Shown here: one piece after another, positions 4,539 through 12,925 of the stretch
How positions within the stretch are numbered: position 1 is the first letter of the stretch
Layout: every line of letters starts with the position of its first letter
Origin: an uncultured Actinomycetota bacterium
Lineage (GTDB): Bacteria; Actinomycetota; Actinomycetes; Propionibacteriales; Nocardioidaceae
Direction: 5' to 3'
DNA: 32,000 nt
NCBI GenBank assembly: GCA_963759525.1
Contig: CAVWZO010000016.1
Span: 100,036-132,035 of the forward strand
Notes under the pieces: model-generated
Database searches by the model: none
What the model was told of the DNA's origin: nothing
What the model saw: the letters and a program-made list of their open reading frames with translations, nothing else
Translations under genes and position numbers: made by a program

Positions 4539-6914
4539 GTGTGTCCCATGCCCTTGGGCGCAGAGCAAGCGCATCATGAACGCATGGCCGTCGAGCTCCG
4601 TGCAGGACACCAGAACCACCGCTCCTGGCGAGCTGGCTCTGTGTCTCCCCCGCGGGTGGCCGGCGCCGTCCTCTTCCTGGTCGCCTTGCCCTTGGCCTGG
4701 CTCTCGTGGTTGATGCTGGCCCAGACCAGTGCCCCCTGGGACGGCACCCGGATCGGCGCGGCGCTCTACCAGGAGAGTGAATGGCGAGAGGGCGTGGAAC
4801 TGCACAACCCGCTCGACCCCACGAACAGTCCGCTGAGGCACGGCGACATAGTCGTCGCGATCGACGGAACCCCCCTCGGGGACTGGATCGTCGCTCACCG
4901 CGCCGAAGAGTTCGAGGTCGGCGACCGCCTCAGCTACGGCGTGATCCGCGAGGGGCACCCGGAGACGTTCGAGGTGACGCTGCGGCCGTACGACTGGGGC
5001 AGGGCAATCGGGTACAGCGCCCCGACGCTCGCTGTTGTGTTGTGTCTCTTCGTTGTCGCGCTCGGAGTGGTGGTGGCGCGCCCCGGGGTCCCTGCGGCCC
5101 GGGTGCTGTTTGCGATTGCCTCAGTGGCACCGTTCGGGTTCCCCGACTGGCCGTTCAGAGGACAGGTGCTGGGCCTGGCGCTGTCCCCTTGGCCCATGTG
5201 GCCGCAACTCGTCGCTGGCGCCGTTTGGGCGCTCGTGTGGGGGGCGATGATCCCGCACTTCGCGCTCGTCTTCCCAAGCCCCCCACCGATCCTTGCCCGG
5301 CGCAGGTGGCTGCTGCCTGCTCTCTACGCGTCGCCGTTCCTGGTCTACGCCGCCTACCTCGCGGCAACCTTGCCGCTGGCCGCCAACCGCCTCGAGGCGC
5401 TGGAGCGGGTGTCCGCGACCTGGCTGGTGACCCAGAGGTACGCCGCGGTGGCAGTGATAGCGCTGATGGCCTGGTCCTACGTGCGCACCCGTGGATCCCA
5501 GGACCGTCACCGGGTGGCACTGGTTGCTGCGAGTCTGTTGACGGCCTTCACGATCAACCTCCTCGGTGTGCAGCTTCCTAACCTCATCGTCGGCACGTCT
5601 GTGATTCCGCGGCCGGTCTGGGCGTGGGTCTTCATCATCGTTCCGGTCGCCATCGCGGTGGCAATCTTGAGACATCAGCTCTTCGACATCACTGTCGTGC
5701 TGCGACGATCCCTGCTCGCGGCAGGGTTGGCCGCCGTGGTTGGCGGCGTCTACGTCATCTGCCTCCTGCTTCTCGGACACCCGACGCGTGCGGAGCTGCC
5801 GTACTTCCTGATCGGTACGGCGGCCGCGCTGATCCTGCCCCGTCTGTATCGATGGCTGCGCACGGCGCTGACCCACAGCATCTACGGTGCCCGCGACGAT
5901 CCGTATGAGCTCGTCGAACAGATCGTGAGCCTCGATCCCGGCAGCGATCCGGAGCTGTTGCTCCAGCGTCTCGCGCGAACCCTCAGCGAAGCCCTGCATC
6001 TGCGGTTCGCCGCGATCTCGCTGAACGAACCCGGAGGCACGCTGCGGGCGTCATACGGCACCAGCGAGGGAGTCCCCCACCGTGTCCGGCTGGTCCGTGG
6101 GACCGAGGACGTGGGATACCTCGAGCTCGATGTGGGCCATGGTCGAGAACCGTTCGGTCAGGCCGACCAGAGACTGCTCGCCGCGATCGCCACCCACGCA
6201 GCAGCCGCTGTGTCCGCGACCACGCTCAACCGCGACCTGCAGGAGTCCCGCGCTCGCCTCGTCACCCGTCGAGAAGAAGAACGTAGACGTATCCGTCGTG
6301 ACCTGCACGACGGGGTTGGACCGAAGCTCGCACTACTCGCTATGAACCTCGAGGTCATCAAGGACTTGATCAAGCGGGATCCGGACTCTGCAGAGCGGCT
6401 TCTCGATGACGCAGGCTCCCGGACACACGAAGCGATCAGCGAAATCCGCCAGGTGGTCAGCAACCTGCGACCGGCCGTTCTGGACGAGCTAGGTCTCGAG
6501 GGGGCGTTGAGCATCCTCACCGAGCAGACCTCCGACGCTCACCGGCACGACAGGGCCGGGCCGTTCGACGTCACCCTCGAGGCCACGCCGGCCGGCTGCC
6601 TCGGACAGCTGTCGGCAGCCGTGGAAGTGGCTGCATACCGAATCATCAGCGAGGCAGTGAACAACGCGAGCAGACATGCTCAAGCCACCTGCTGCAATGT
6701 TCAGATCCAGGTCGACGGCCGGCTGACAATCTCAGTCCGCGACGACGGGAAGGGCATTCCTCCTGGTGCCGTTCCTGGAACAGGTCTGGCATCCATCGCG
6801 GAGCGCGCCCACGAGCTGGGCGGAACAGCCGCCGTACGACAGGCGCCCAGTGGCGGAACCCTCGTCACGGCCACCATCCCCCTCCAGCCGAAGGAGTCAG
6901 AGCATGAGCAGTGA
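4539..6914 (+). CDS. Polytopic sensor histidine kinase (HisKA_3/NarX-type) with an extracytoplasmic PDZ-like domain
   Basis: PDZ-like segment: LRHGDIVVAIDGTPLGDW...VGDRLSYGVIREGHPETFEVTLRP. It is followed by multiple hydrophobic helices and a GAF-like linker. Kinase motifs: H-box RRRIRRDLHDGVGPKLA, N-box EAVNNASRHA, G1 VRDDGKGI, G2 GTGLASIAERAHELGG. The start is uncertain (GTG 4539, ATG 4548, ATG 4584 or a later GTG). Confidence 0.9.
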   Translation: MCPMPLGAEQAHHERMAVELRAGHQNHRSWRAGSVSPPRVAGAVLFLVALPLAWLSWLMLAQTSAPWDGTRIGAALYQESEWREGVELHNPLDPTNSPLRHGDIVVAIDGTPLGDWIVAHRAEEFEVGDRLSYGVIREGHPETFEVTLRPYDWGRAIGYSAPTLAVVLCLFVVALGVVVARPGVPAARVLFAIASVAPFGFPDWPFRGQVLGLALSPWPMWPQLVAGAVWALVWGAMIPHFALVFPSPPPILARRRWLLPALYASPFLVYAAYLAATLPLAANRLEALERVSATWLVTQRYAAVAVIALMAWSYVRTRGSQDRHRVALVAASLLTAFTINLLGVQLPNLIVGTSVIPRPVWAWVFIIVPVAIAVAILRHQLFDITVVLRRSLLAAGLAAVVGGVYVICLLLLGHPTRAELPYFLIGTAAALILPRLYRWLRTALTHSIYGARDDPYELVEQIVSLDPGSDPELLLQRLARTLSEALHLRFAAISLNEPGGTLRASYGTSEGVPHRVRLVRGTEDVGYLELDVGHGREPFGQADQRLLAAIATHAAAAVSATTLNRDLQESRARLVTRREEERRRIRRDLHDGVGPKLALLAMNLEVIKDLIKRDPDSAERLLDDAGSRTHEAISEIRQVVSNLRPAVLDELGLEGALSILTEQTSDAHRHDRAGPFDVTLEATPAGCLGQLSAAVEVAAYRIISEAVNNASRHAQATCCNVQIQVDGRLTISVRDDGKGIPPGAVPGTGLASIAERAHELGGTAAVRQAPSGGTLVTATIPLQPKESEHEQ

Positions 6915-7575
6915 TCCCATCCGGATCCTCGTCGCCGACGACGACACCGATTTCCGGCAGGGGCTGCTGGCCCTTCTGCGTACGGTCGAGCGGGTCAGCG
7001 TGGTCAGTGAAGCCGCCACCGGCGCCGAGGCAGTTGAGCGCGTGGCTGAGTTCCAGCCCGACCTCGTGCTGATGGACCTGAACATGCCGCTGGTCAATGG
7101 CATCGAGGCAACGAGGGCCATCGCCGGGAGCAGCCCACACGTCGCAGTGCTCATGCTGACCATGTTCGAGGACGACGAGTCAGTCCTGGCTGCGATGCGT
7201 GCTGGTGCGAGAGGCTACATCTTGAAGGGTGCAGCGCGTGCCGAGATCGTGCGGGCCATCGAGGCGGCCACTGACGGCAGCGTCATCTTCGGACCTGGCG
7301 TCGCCAAACGGGTGTTGAGTCGATTCGCCCCCCGCGACCCCGAGGCGGAGACGCCGTTCCCCGAGCTCACCACCCGCGAGCGCGACATCTTGACCCGTGT
7401 TGCCCGCGGCCTCAACAACGACGCTATCGCCCGGGAGCTGACGCTCAGCTCCAAGACTGTCCGGAACCATGTGCACAGCATCTACAGCAAGCTCCAGATT
7501 CAGAGCCGAGGAGAGGCCATCGCCCAAGCTCGGGACGCTGGTCTCGGCGAGCGGGGTTCGAAGCGCAACCAGTAG
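6904..7575 (+). CDS. Two-component response regulator, NarL/LuxR family
   Basis: ATG 6904 is preceded by AAGGAG (6891-6896) and overlaps the kinase stop (6912-6914). Receiver domain: IRILVADDD...DLVLMDLNMPLVNG...LMLTMFEDD...GARGYILK. LuxR-type HTH: LTTRERDILTRVARGLNNDAIARELTLSSKTVRNHVHSIYSKLQI. The track ORF start at 6766 is an Arg/Pro/Ser-rich extension lying inside the kinase gene. Confidence 0.95.
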   Translation: MSSDPIRILVADDDTDFRQGLLALLRTVERVSVVSEAATGAEAVERVAEFQPDLVLMDLNMPLVNGIEATRAIAGSSPHVAVLMLTMFEDDESVLAAMRAGARGYILKGAARAEIVRAIEAATDGSVIFGPGVAKRVLSRFAPRDPEAETPFPELTTRERDILTRVARGLNNDAIARELTLSSKTVRNHVHSIYSKLQIQSRGEAIAQARDAGLGERGSKRNQ

Positions 7576-7616
7576 TCAGCCCAGAAGTCAGCCCAGAAGT
7601 CAGCCCAGAAGTCAGC
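7575..7616. repeat. 12-bp tandem repeat GTCAGCCCAGAA, 3 full copies plus a partial, in the convergent gene junction
   Basis: Copies at 7575-7586, 7587-7598 and 7599-7610, with a partial copy at 7611-7616. The array starts on the last base of the response-regulator TAG (7573-7575) and runs into the TGA (7612-7614, minus strand) of the patatin-like gene. Confidence 0.9.
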
Positions 7617-10600
7617 ACCGTCGTGACCCAGAGGGCAGGCCGAGGGCCGTCAGCACGTCGTGCAGGGTGCCGTACTTCTCGTGGTCCTTGGTGTCCTTCT
7701 GGCCGTCCCCATCGAGAAGCCCGCTGGGGTTCTTCTCCTGCACACACAGGTCGTCGTCCATCTCGGCGACACTCGCCTTGGACAACACCCAGCCCAGTGG
7801 GGCTGCCATCGACGGCTGCCGGGTCTGGTGAACGACGTAGGAGTGAATGCGCGTGTGCTTGTTGTGCTTGAGTGCCTCGCACGCCGCCCCCGACCCCGAG
7901 CACAGGGAGTCGGCTACCTCGGCCTCGGCAAGCTCGAGGGCGGCCAGTGCCTTTGCCTTGTGGTTCGGAGCGTTGTAGTAGCCGATCGGCGGGATGAGCA
8001 CTTCGGGGATGTCGAGTGTGCGTGGCCAGTTCCAGGAGTTGCCGCCCTTGGTCTTCTCGGCCGTCTTCTGTGCCTTGACTTCCGCGGGGGTGACGCCTTC
8101 CGCTTCTGCGTCAGGAACCGTGTAGTCCTCGCCTGCGCCGTTCTCCAGGAACACGACCATGGGAACGACGAGGTCGCCAGTCCTCTGGGACAGGACCGCG
8201 TCGTTGTGGTCACGAACCAGGTCGGTCCACTGGTCAGCGAGGTCGACGATGGTGCCGAGTCCGGAGTTGTCGGTGTAGCCGCCGTCGATCGCCTGCAGGG
8301 GCTTCCGGTCGCCGCACGGCCCGACCACCCCGGACGGGGTGACGTAGGGGAACCTGCTTGCGAGTAGGCCTGCAGTGAGCGTGCGCACGTTTCCCAGGCA
8401 GTGTTTGTTGCCGGCGTCCTCTGGTTGCTCGCCTTGAGGTACCCCATACGTGCTGAACAGGTCGAACCCGTTCTTGCCTGCTTCATCTCCGCCACACTCG
8501 GGCCACCCGTCGAGGGACTTCGCGGGCCCGGCGAGCTTCATCTGGCTCAGTAGGGCTCGGCACCCGTCGAGTGGGATCGAGCTCACCAGGACCAACTGCC
8601 CGGTCACCGACCCGTCGGAGTCGGTGGCGTCCTTGACGTCGTCGGTCACGAACGCGGTCTGGAGCTCGCTGAGCCCCGGGATGTCCTCCCAAGTCGTCTC
8701 CATCAAGCCCGCCCGGTCCAGGCCTTGGCGGTCCGGGTTGCGGTGCTCGGCCCTGGAGCCGAACCGGATCCCGGCGGAGCTGGTCAGCAGGTCGCCCGCG
8801 ACCAGTGAGATGGCGGCGGCGCCGAGCGCATCGGGGCCGGCCATTCGTTCTGTCGCGTGCCTCGGGGCGTCGCTGAACCTGCTGACGGCCAGCCCGACGG
8901 CGCCGCCACTCGCGCCAGTGGAGAAGAATGCTGCGTGGCGCCCACACGTGGGAGAGTCCTCGCGGTCGCCCTCGCCGGGGTAGGCGATCCGGTCGAGGGC
9001 CGATGCAGTCCAGTACGCAGCGCGAATACCGCCGCCTTCGGCTGCGTACATCAGCATCGGTCGAACCCGGAACCGGTTGTCCTTCTCGTACGGGACCGTG
9101 CAGGCGCCGGGCGCATTGACCCAAGCGGTGAACGCGTCGGCCATCGTTGGGCGTTCGGGGAGCGTGGCGCTGTCGTTCTCGACCGCGTGGACGTCGGTGC
9201 TGCCTCCGGCAAACGCGGCCAACCCGACGGCGACGATGAACATGGCTGTGACCGGCGTGGTGCGAACGCGTCTGTCCCGGTCCTTTGCCCGGTTCCGCCA
9301 CGGCCAGCGGACCTGGAACAGCTCAGGTGGCTGATGCTCCTGGGCGTAGGCCACCAGCAGCCCCAGCATGATGATCAGTGTTCCGACCGTCAGGGTCGCT
9401 GCGGCCAGCGCGCCGATCCTCTCAGCGGTGCCTCTCGGGAAGACGCACAACAAGATGAACACGCCGCTGGAAAGGGTGAGGCTGCCGAGGAGGAACTCGA
9501 CACGCTCCGTGATCCTCGGCGAGTCCCCTTTCTCGCGCGGGGGGTCGAAGCCCGGGACCACCAGCGCTCGTAGCCCGACGGGGTCGGTCTGTTCGTCCAG
9601 GCTGCTCCTGACCGCGCTCGCGGCCCGGTCCGCCAACCTCCCGGGCAGGGACTTGCGCTGACTCGGGTCGCGTGCGCCGGTGCCCGCGACGCTCCCGTCG
9701 GCGATCCGGGAGAGGGCGGCGGAGGGAGGGCCATCACCCAGCGAGGACAACAGCGCCCTGGTGAACGGCCAGGCAGCGATCGCACCTGCGAAACCGAGCA
9801 GGAGCAGGACCCACTGGCCCACTGCGCGCAGGTTGCCGAGGTCGAGCAGCCCCCACCAGCTCATCACGACAGGGCCGGCGAACGCGCGAACCGCAGCCAG
9901 TCCGATCAGGGACGCCGCCGCGGCGACGATGACGTCGCCGACCGCCATCACGTCGCTGCCGAAGGTGTCCTCGCGCGCATGCTGTCGCTCATCAGGCTCC
10001 CGGTCTCGGCGTTGTTGCGGTGGCAGCAGCCGGGGGGCCTTGCCCGCCTGGCGCGCCTTGCGCTCCATGCGCAGAAGGGCCAATGAGGCGATGCCTACCA
10101 CCACCGGGACGCTGCAGAACGCGACCAGGCGCGGCCAGTACACGTGCCCACCCGACAAGGAGCCGATCCCTGCAGCTACGAGCAGCAGCGCCGGGCCGCT
10201 GAACCAGAACGCGGCGTGGAGCCTGCGCGCGGAGGTCTCGTCCGGGTTGTCCGGGTTGGCCTGCGGGGAGTCATAGTTCGGCCACCAGTCACCGCGATGT
10301 TGGCGGCGAACCGCCCAGTCGGCGCGGATGCGGCACAGGAAAAGTATCGGGAGCCACACGGCGAAGACGAAGATCAAGGCGGCCCAGCCCAGGTCGAACA
10401 GGTCAGACCATCCGTCGAGCCATCTGCGTTGCACGTCCGGCAGCTGGTCGAACAGGTCGCTCACGACGCTGCCCAGCGGCAGCACGGACAGCGCGGCTAT
10501 CGGGAGGAACGCCAGGAGACTGAACCGTTGTTCCCACGTCGCGACGACGAGCTCCCGGGTCCGAGCCCAGAACGGTTCCCAGGCCCGGCGGGCCGCCAGC

Positions 10601-11280
10601 GCGCCGGCCACGATCACCACTGCGAGGAGCCCCCACTTGACCAAGGTCACGACCACCGAGCCATCGATCAGCGAATCCGGCACACATCCCCGGGGGTCCG
10701 GGCACCGCTGGATGGCCATGAGTGTGTGCAGAACATTCTCGAGCAGGTCCGCAGCAGCAAGGGCTACCACGAGCCATGACGCCCCGGAGATCGTTTGGCC
10801 GCGCACCGTCACCGGCCACTTCCCGCGGTACTCCTCGCCCTGAGGTCCATCTTGGAGCTTCTTCTGTACGGCGCGGACCACGGCCAGCAGCGCGATCGTG
10901 TAGATGACGATGAAGCACAGGTCGAGGAGTTGGTAGAACAACACCATCCGCGACCAGACGACTTGCGGCTCCAGGCCATCGATCAGGTCACCACTCAACG
11001 CGTCGTTCCAATGGGTCGACGCTTTGCGCGCCCATGGACTGCCGAGCATCCCGGGCGAGGTGTTGTCGCCGACGCCCGTGACGAACCCGGCACACAGGGT
11101 GCTGAGCTCGTGCATGGCCAGAGCCAGGGCCGCGAGAGCAGCCACCACGGCGCCCGGCGTGTGGAACTTCGCCAGTCGCGGTGGCTGGATGGGAGGTGGT
11201 GTGGTCGTCGCTGGCGACGATTGCTCAGGTAGGCCCGTGTGGAGGTCCTGCGCGCCCGACGGCTGGGTCTGCGAGGTCAT
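7612..11280 (-). CDS. Large polytopic membrane protein with a patatin-like phospholipase domain
   Basis: 1222 aa from ATG 11280 (MTSQTQPSGAQD...). The N-terminal ~750 aa contain many hydrophobic helices. The C-terminal region carries the patatin triad of motifs: oxyanion AEGGGIRAAYW (about 9015-9045), nucleophile elbow GASGG (8901-8915) and catalytic AIDGGYTDNSG (about 8262-8292). The track start at 11424 adds an Arg/Cys/Pro-rich leader that I consider non-coding. Confidence 0.85.
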   Translation of the reverse strand: MTSQTQPSGAQDLHTGLPEQSSPATTTPPPIQPPRLAKFHTPGAVVAALAALALAMHELSTLCAGFVTGVGDNTSPGMLGSPWARKASTHWNDALSGDLIDGLEPQVVWSRMVLFYQLLDLCFIVIYTIALLAVVRAVQKKLQDGPQGEEYRGKWPVTVRGQTISGASWLVVALAAADLLENVLHTLMAIQRCPDPRGCVPDSLIDGSVVVTLVKWGLLAVVIVAGALAARRAWEPFWARTRELVVATWEQRFSLLAFLPIAALSVLPLGSVVSDLFDQLPDVQRRWLDGWSDLFDLGWAALIFVFAVWLPILFLCRIRADWAVRRQHRGDWWPNYDSPQANPDNPDETSARRLHAAFWFSGPALLLVAAGIGSLSGGHVYWPRLVAFCSVPVVVGIASLALLRMERKARQAGKAPRLLPPQQRRDREPDERQHAREDTFGSDVMAVGDVIVAAAASLIGLAAVRAFAGPVVMSWWGLLDLGNLRAVGQWVLLLLGFAGAIAAWPFTRALLSSLGDGPPSAALSRIADGSVAGTGARDPSQRKSLPGRLADRAASAVRSSLDEQTDPVGLRALVVPGFDPPREKGDSPRITERVEFLLGSLTLSSGVFILLCVFPRGTAERIGALAAATLTVGTLIIMLGLLVAYAQEHQPPELFQVRWPWRNRAKDRDRRVRTTPVTAMFIVAVGLAAFAGGSTDVHAVENDSATLPERPTMADAFTAWVNAPGACTVPYEKDNRFRVRPMLMYAAEGGGIRAAYWTASALDRIAYPGEGDREDSPTCGRHAAFFSTGASGGAVGLAVSRFSDAPRHATERMAGPDALGAAAISLVAGDLLTSSAGIRFGSRAEHRNPDRQGLDRAGLMETTWEDIPGLSELQTAFVTDDVKDATDSDGSVTGQLVLVSSIPLDGCRALLSQMKLAGPAKSLDGWPECGGDEAGKNGFDLFSTYGVPQGEQPEDAGNKHCLGNVRTLTAGLLASRFPYVTPSGVVGPCGDRKPLQAIDGGYTDNSGLGTIVDLADQWTDLVRDHNDAVLSQRTGDLVVPMVVFLENGAGEDYTVPDAEAEGVTPAEVKAQKTAEKTKGGNSWNWPRTLDIPEVLIPPIGYYNAPNHKAKALAALELAEAEVADSLCSGSGAACEALKHNKHTRIHSYVVHQTRQPSMAAPLGWVLSKASVAEMDDDLCVQEKNPSGLLDGDGQKDTKDHEKYGTLHDVLTALGLPSGSRRC

Positions 11281-11398
11281 GGAGACTGCCCCGTCCTCGA
11301 GATGGTCTTGCGCCGAGTAACAGCAGCGTCGCAGACAAACGCCCACTGACGGTGGATGCGGCGGGGTTGTTGCTCGCCCGGTCCAGACCTGTGCGCAC

Positions 11399-11420
11399 GG
11401 CTCCGGCATCCGCCGGAGCC
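11399..11420 (-). terminator. Hairpin downstream of the DUF4242-like gene (candidate terminator)
   Basis: GGCTCCGGC-ATCC-GCCGGAGCC: perfect 9-bp stem and 4-nt loop, 35 nt downstream of the stop at 11455. No U-tract. Confidence 0.4.
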
Positions 11421-11454
11421 GCACGCGCTCCCTCTGGCCCGAGCACCCCGTCGA

Positions 11455-11709
11455 TCAGCTGCCCTCGACGACCTCGTAGATCTGGTCGGCCACCAGCCCG
11501 TGGGCCTCACGGTGCACGGTGATCGCGGCTTCGGCGCTGTCGGCTTCGACGAGGCAGAAGACCTTGCCGTTGTTCTCGTCGACCCAGTACTGCTTGTACG
11601 AGACGCCGTACTGGCCCTGGGTCTCCAGATCGGCCTTGTGTGCGGCGGCCACGTCGGTGGCGGTTGCGCCGTCGGGAAGCTGCTCGTGTACGTCCATGAA
11701 GAGTGGCAT
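11455..11709 (-). CDS. DUF4242-like small protein (SCO4226-type putative metal-binding fold)
   Basis: 84 aa: MPLFMDVHEQLPDGATATDVAAAHKADLETQGQYGVSYKQYWVDENNGKVFCLVEADSAEAAITVHREAHGLVADQIYEVVEG. The MP.FMDVH start, AH..DL..Q..YGV, YW.D...G.VFCL.EA and VH.EAHG motifs match my memory of the DUF4242 family. Confidence 0.8.
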   Translation of the reverse strand: MPLFMDVHEQLPDGATATDVAAAHKADLETQGQYGVSYKQYWVDENNGKVFCLVEADSAEAAITVHREAHGLVADQIYEVVEGS

Positions 11710-11753
11710 CGGATGCTCCTTGACTGGGTGGTTGGTCTGACACACTCAGTGTC

Positions 11754-12773
11754 ATGCTGGGGTCTCTGGCCGAGAATGATCGCCCAGCCGCCGTACCTGA
11801 CCGGGAACCCACGGCGGCGCTCGCCGACGCGCTGTCCCGCCTTCGACTGCAGGGCGCGATCTTCCTGCGCGGCGACTACACCGAGGGATGGGCGTACGAG
11901 TCACTGCCGTCAGCCGACGCGGCGGCGGTCCTCGCCCCGAACGCCGGCCGGGTGCTGCTCTTCCACGTGGTCGCATCGGGGCGCTGCTGGGTCGACGTAC
12001 CCAGCGGTGAACGGGTGTGGGCGGACGCAGGCGACGTGATCGTGCTGCCCTACAACGACCAGCACCGGATGGGCGGTACGACGGACGCGACCGTGGTCCC
12101 GATCGCGACACTCATCAGCCCCCCGCCCTGGGAACGGATGCCGGTGATCCAGCACGGCGAGGGCGGCGACCCGACGAGCGTCATCTGTGGCTACCTGACC
12201 TGTGAAGACCCGTTGTTCGACCCGAGGCTGCGGATGTTCCCTCCGGTCTTCGTGGTCAGCCCGCCGCCCGGCCCGGCCCGCGAGTGGGTGAAGGCCAGCA
12301 TCGAGTACGCCGCACAACAGACAACCAAGGTGGGGGTCGACCGCTTCGAGGCCCCGTCACAGGTACCCGAGCTGCTCCTCGTCGAGATCCTCAAGCTGCA
12401 CCTGGCGAACGCTCCCGCCACCGACCATGGCTGGACGAAAGCGATCCGGGACCCCGTGCTCGCGCCCGCGCTTGCTGCGATCCACGGCTCTCCCGAACAC
12501 AAGTGGAGCGTGGCGACCCTCGCCGCTGAGGCCAGCGTCTCGATCTCGTTGCTGGACGAGCGGTTCCGCGAGGTGCTCGGTCTGGCGCCGATCCGCTACC
12601 TGACCGGCTGGCGGATGCACATCGCCGAGGACCTTCTCCGCTCCACCGACCTGAGCGTCGCCGGCATTGCCCGACGGGTCGGCTACGACTCGGAGGAAGC
12701 ATTCAGCCGTGCCTTCAAACGCATGCAGGGCCAGGCGCCGAGCGTATGGCGAGAGAGGTCGGCGAGACGCTGA
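11754..12773 (+). CDS. AraC-family transcriptional regulator with a cupin-type N-terminal sensor domain
   Basis: 339 aa. The N-terminal cupin-like region includes LLFHVVASGRCWVDVPSGERVWADAGDVIVLPYNDQHRMGG. The C-terminal dual HTH reads WSVATLAAEASVSISLLDERFREVLGLAPIRYLTGWRMHIAEDLLRSTDLSVAGIARRVGYDSEEAFSRAFKRMQGQAPSVWR. It is divergent from the DUF4242-like gene across a 44-bp gap. Confidence 0.92.
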   Translation: MLGSLAENDRPAAVPDREPTAALADALSRLRLQGAIFLRGDYTEGWAYESLPSADAAAVLAPNAGRVLLFHVVASGRCWVDVPSGERVWADAGDVIVLPYNDQHRMGGTTDATVVPIATLISPPPWERMPVIQHGEGGDPTSVICGYLTCEDPLFDPRLRMFPPVFVVSPPPGPAREWVKASIEYAAQQTTKVGVDRFEAPSQVPELLLVEILKLHLANAPATDHGWTKAIRDPVLAPALAAIHGSPEHKWSVATLAAEASVSISLLDERFREVLGLAPIRYLTGWRMHIAEDLLRSTDLSVAGIARRVGYDSEEAFSRAFKRMQGQAPSVWRERSARR

Positions 12774-12820
12774 CGTCTGGCAGGCGGGAGGCGGCAGGCG
12801 GCAGGCGGGCCCCCGAGCCA

Positions 12821-12881
12821 CACATTTGTTGGATCGGGACGTCGAGACCGGTGAGCTGAACGTCCGGATCCAACATTTGTG
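12821..12881. promoter_or_regulatory. Imperfect 22-bp inverted repeat (19/22 match) with a 17-nt spacer; candidate operator upstream of the cupin gene
   Basis: CACATTTGTTGGATCGGGACGT (12821-12842) compared with the reverse complement of ACGTCCGGATCCAACATTTGTG (12860-12881). The AT-rich ACATTTGT cores are conspicuous in GC-rich DNA. The right arm ends 45 nt before the cupin ATG (12926), and the left arm starts 48 nt after the AraC stop. Confidence 0.5.
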
Positions 12882-12925
12882 GGGTCGGGTGGCCGCCGGG
12901 CCCAGCAGGCGACAGAGTTGGTGGC

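Noticed and set aside
4314-4958. ORF 4314..4958 (-, 214 aa) spanning the divergent intergenic region and the kinase 5' end
   Set aside because: It is antisense to the well-supported kinase N-terminus (PDZ-like region). It has an Arg/Pro/Gly-rich composition, no Shine-Dalgarno and no recognisable domain.
6766-6903. Longer start (6766) for the response regulator
   Set aside because: The extra 46 codons (PSRSAPTSWAEQPPYDRRPVAEPSSRPPSPSSRRSQS) lie inside the kinase CDS in another frame. ATG 6904 has an AAGGAG Shine-Dalgarno at the optimal distance and begins the canonical receiver domain.
7445-7903. ORFs 7445..7903 (-) and 7469..7831 (+) containing LTSG or SQPR repeats
   Set aside because: These are read-through artefacts of the 12-bp microsatellite, and they overlap the ends of two well-supported genes.
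11281-11424. Longer start (11424) for the patatin-like membrane protein, and GTG 11745 for the DUF4242-like protein
   Set aside because: The upstream extensions are Arg/Cys/Pro-rich (MRLRRMPEPCAQVWTGRATTPPHPPSVGVCLRRCCYS; MCQTNHPVKEHP) and unlike the rest of each protein. The family-typical N-terminus MPLFMDVH starts at 11709. The evidence for 11280 is weaker, so its start remains somewhat uncertain.
12778-12810. GGCAGGCG-type short direct repeats just after the AraC stop
   Set aside because: This is a short, low-complexity GC-rich slippage pattern (GGCAGGCGGGAGGCGGCAGGCGGCAGGCGGG). It has no symmetric structure or positional logic that I can support.
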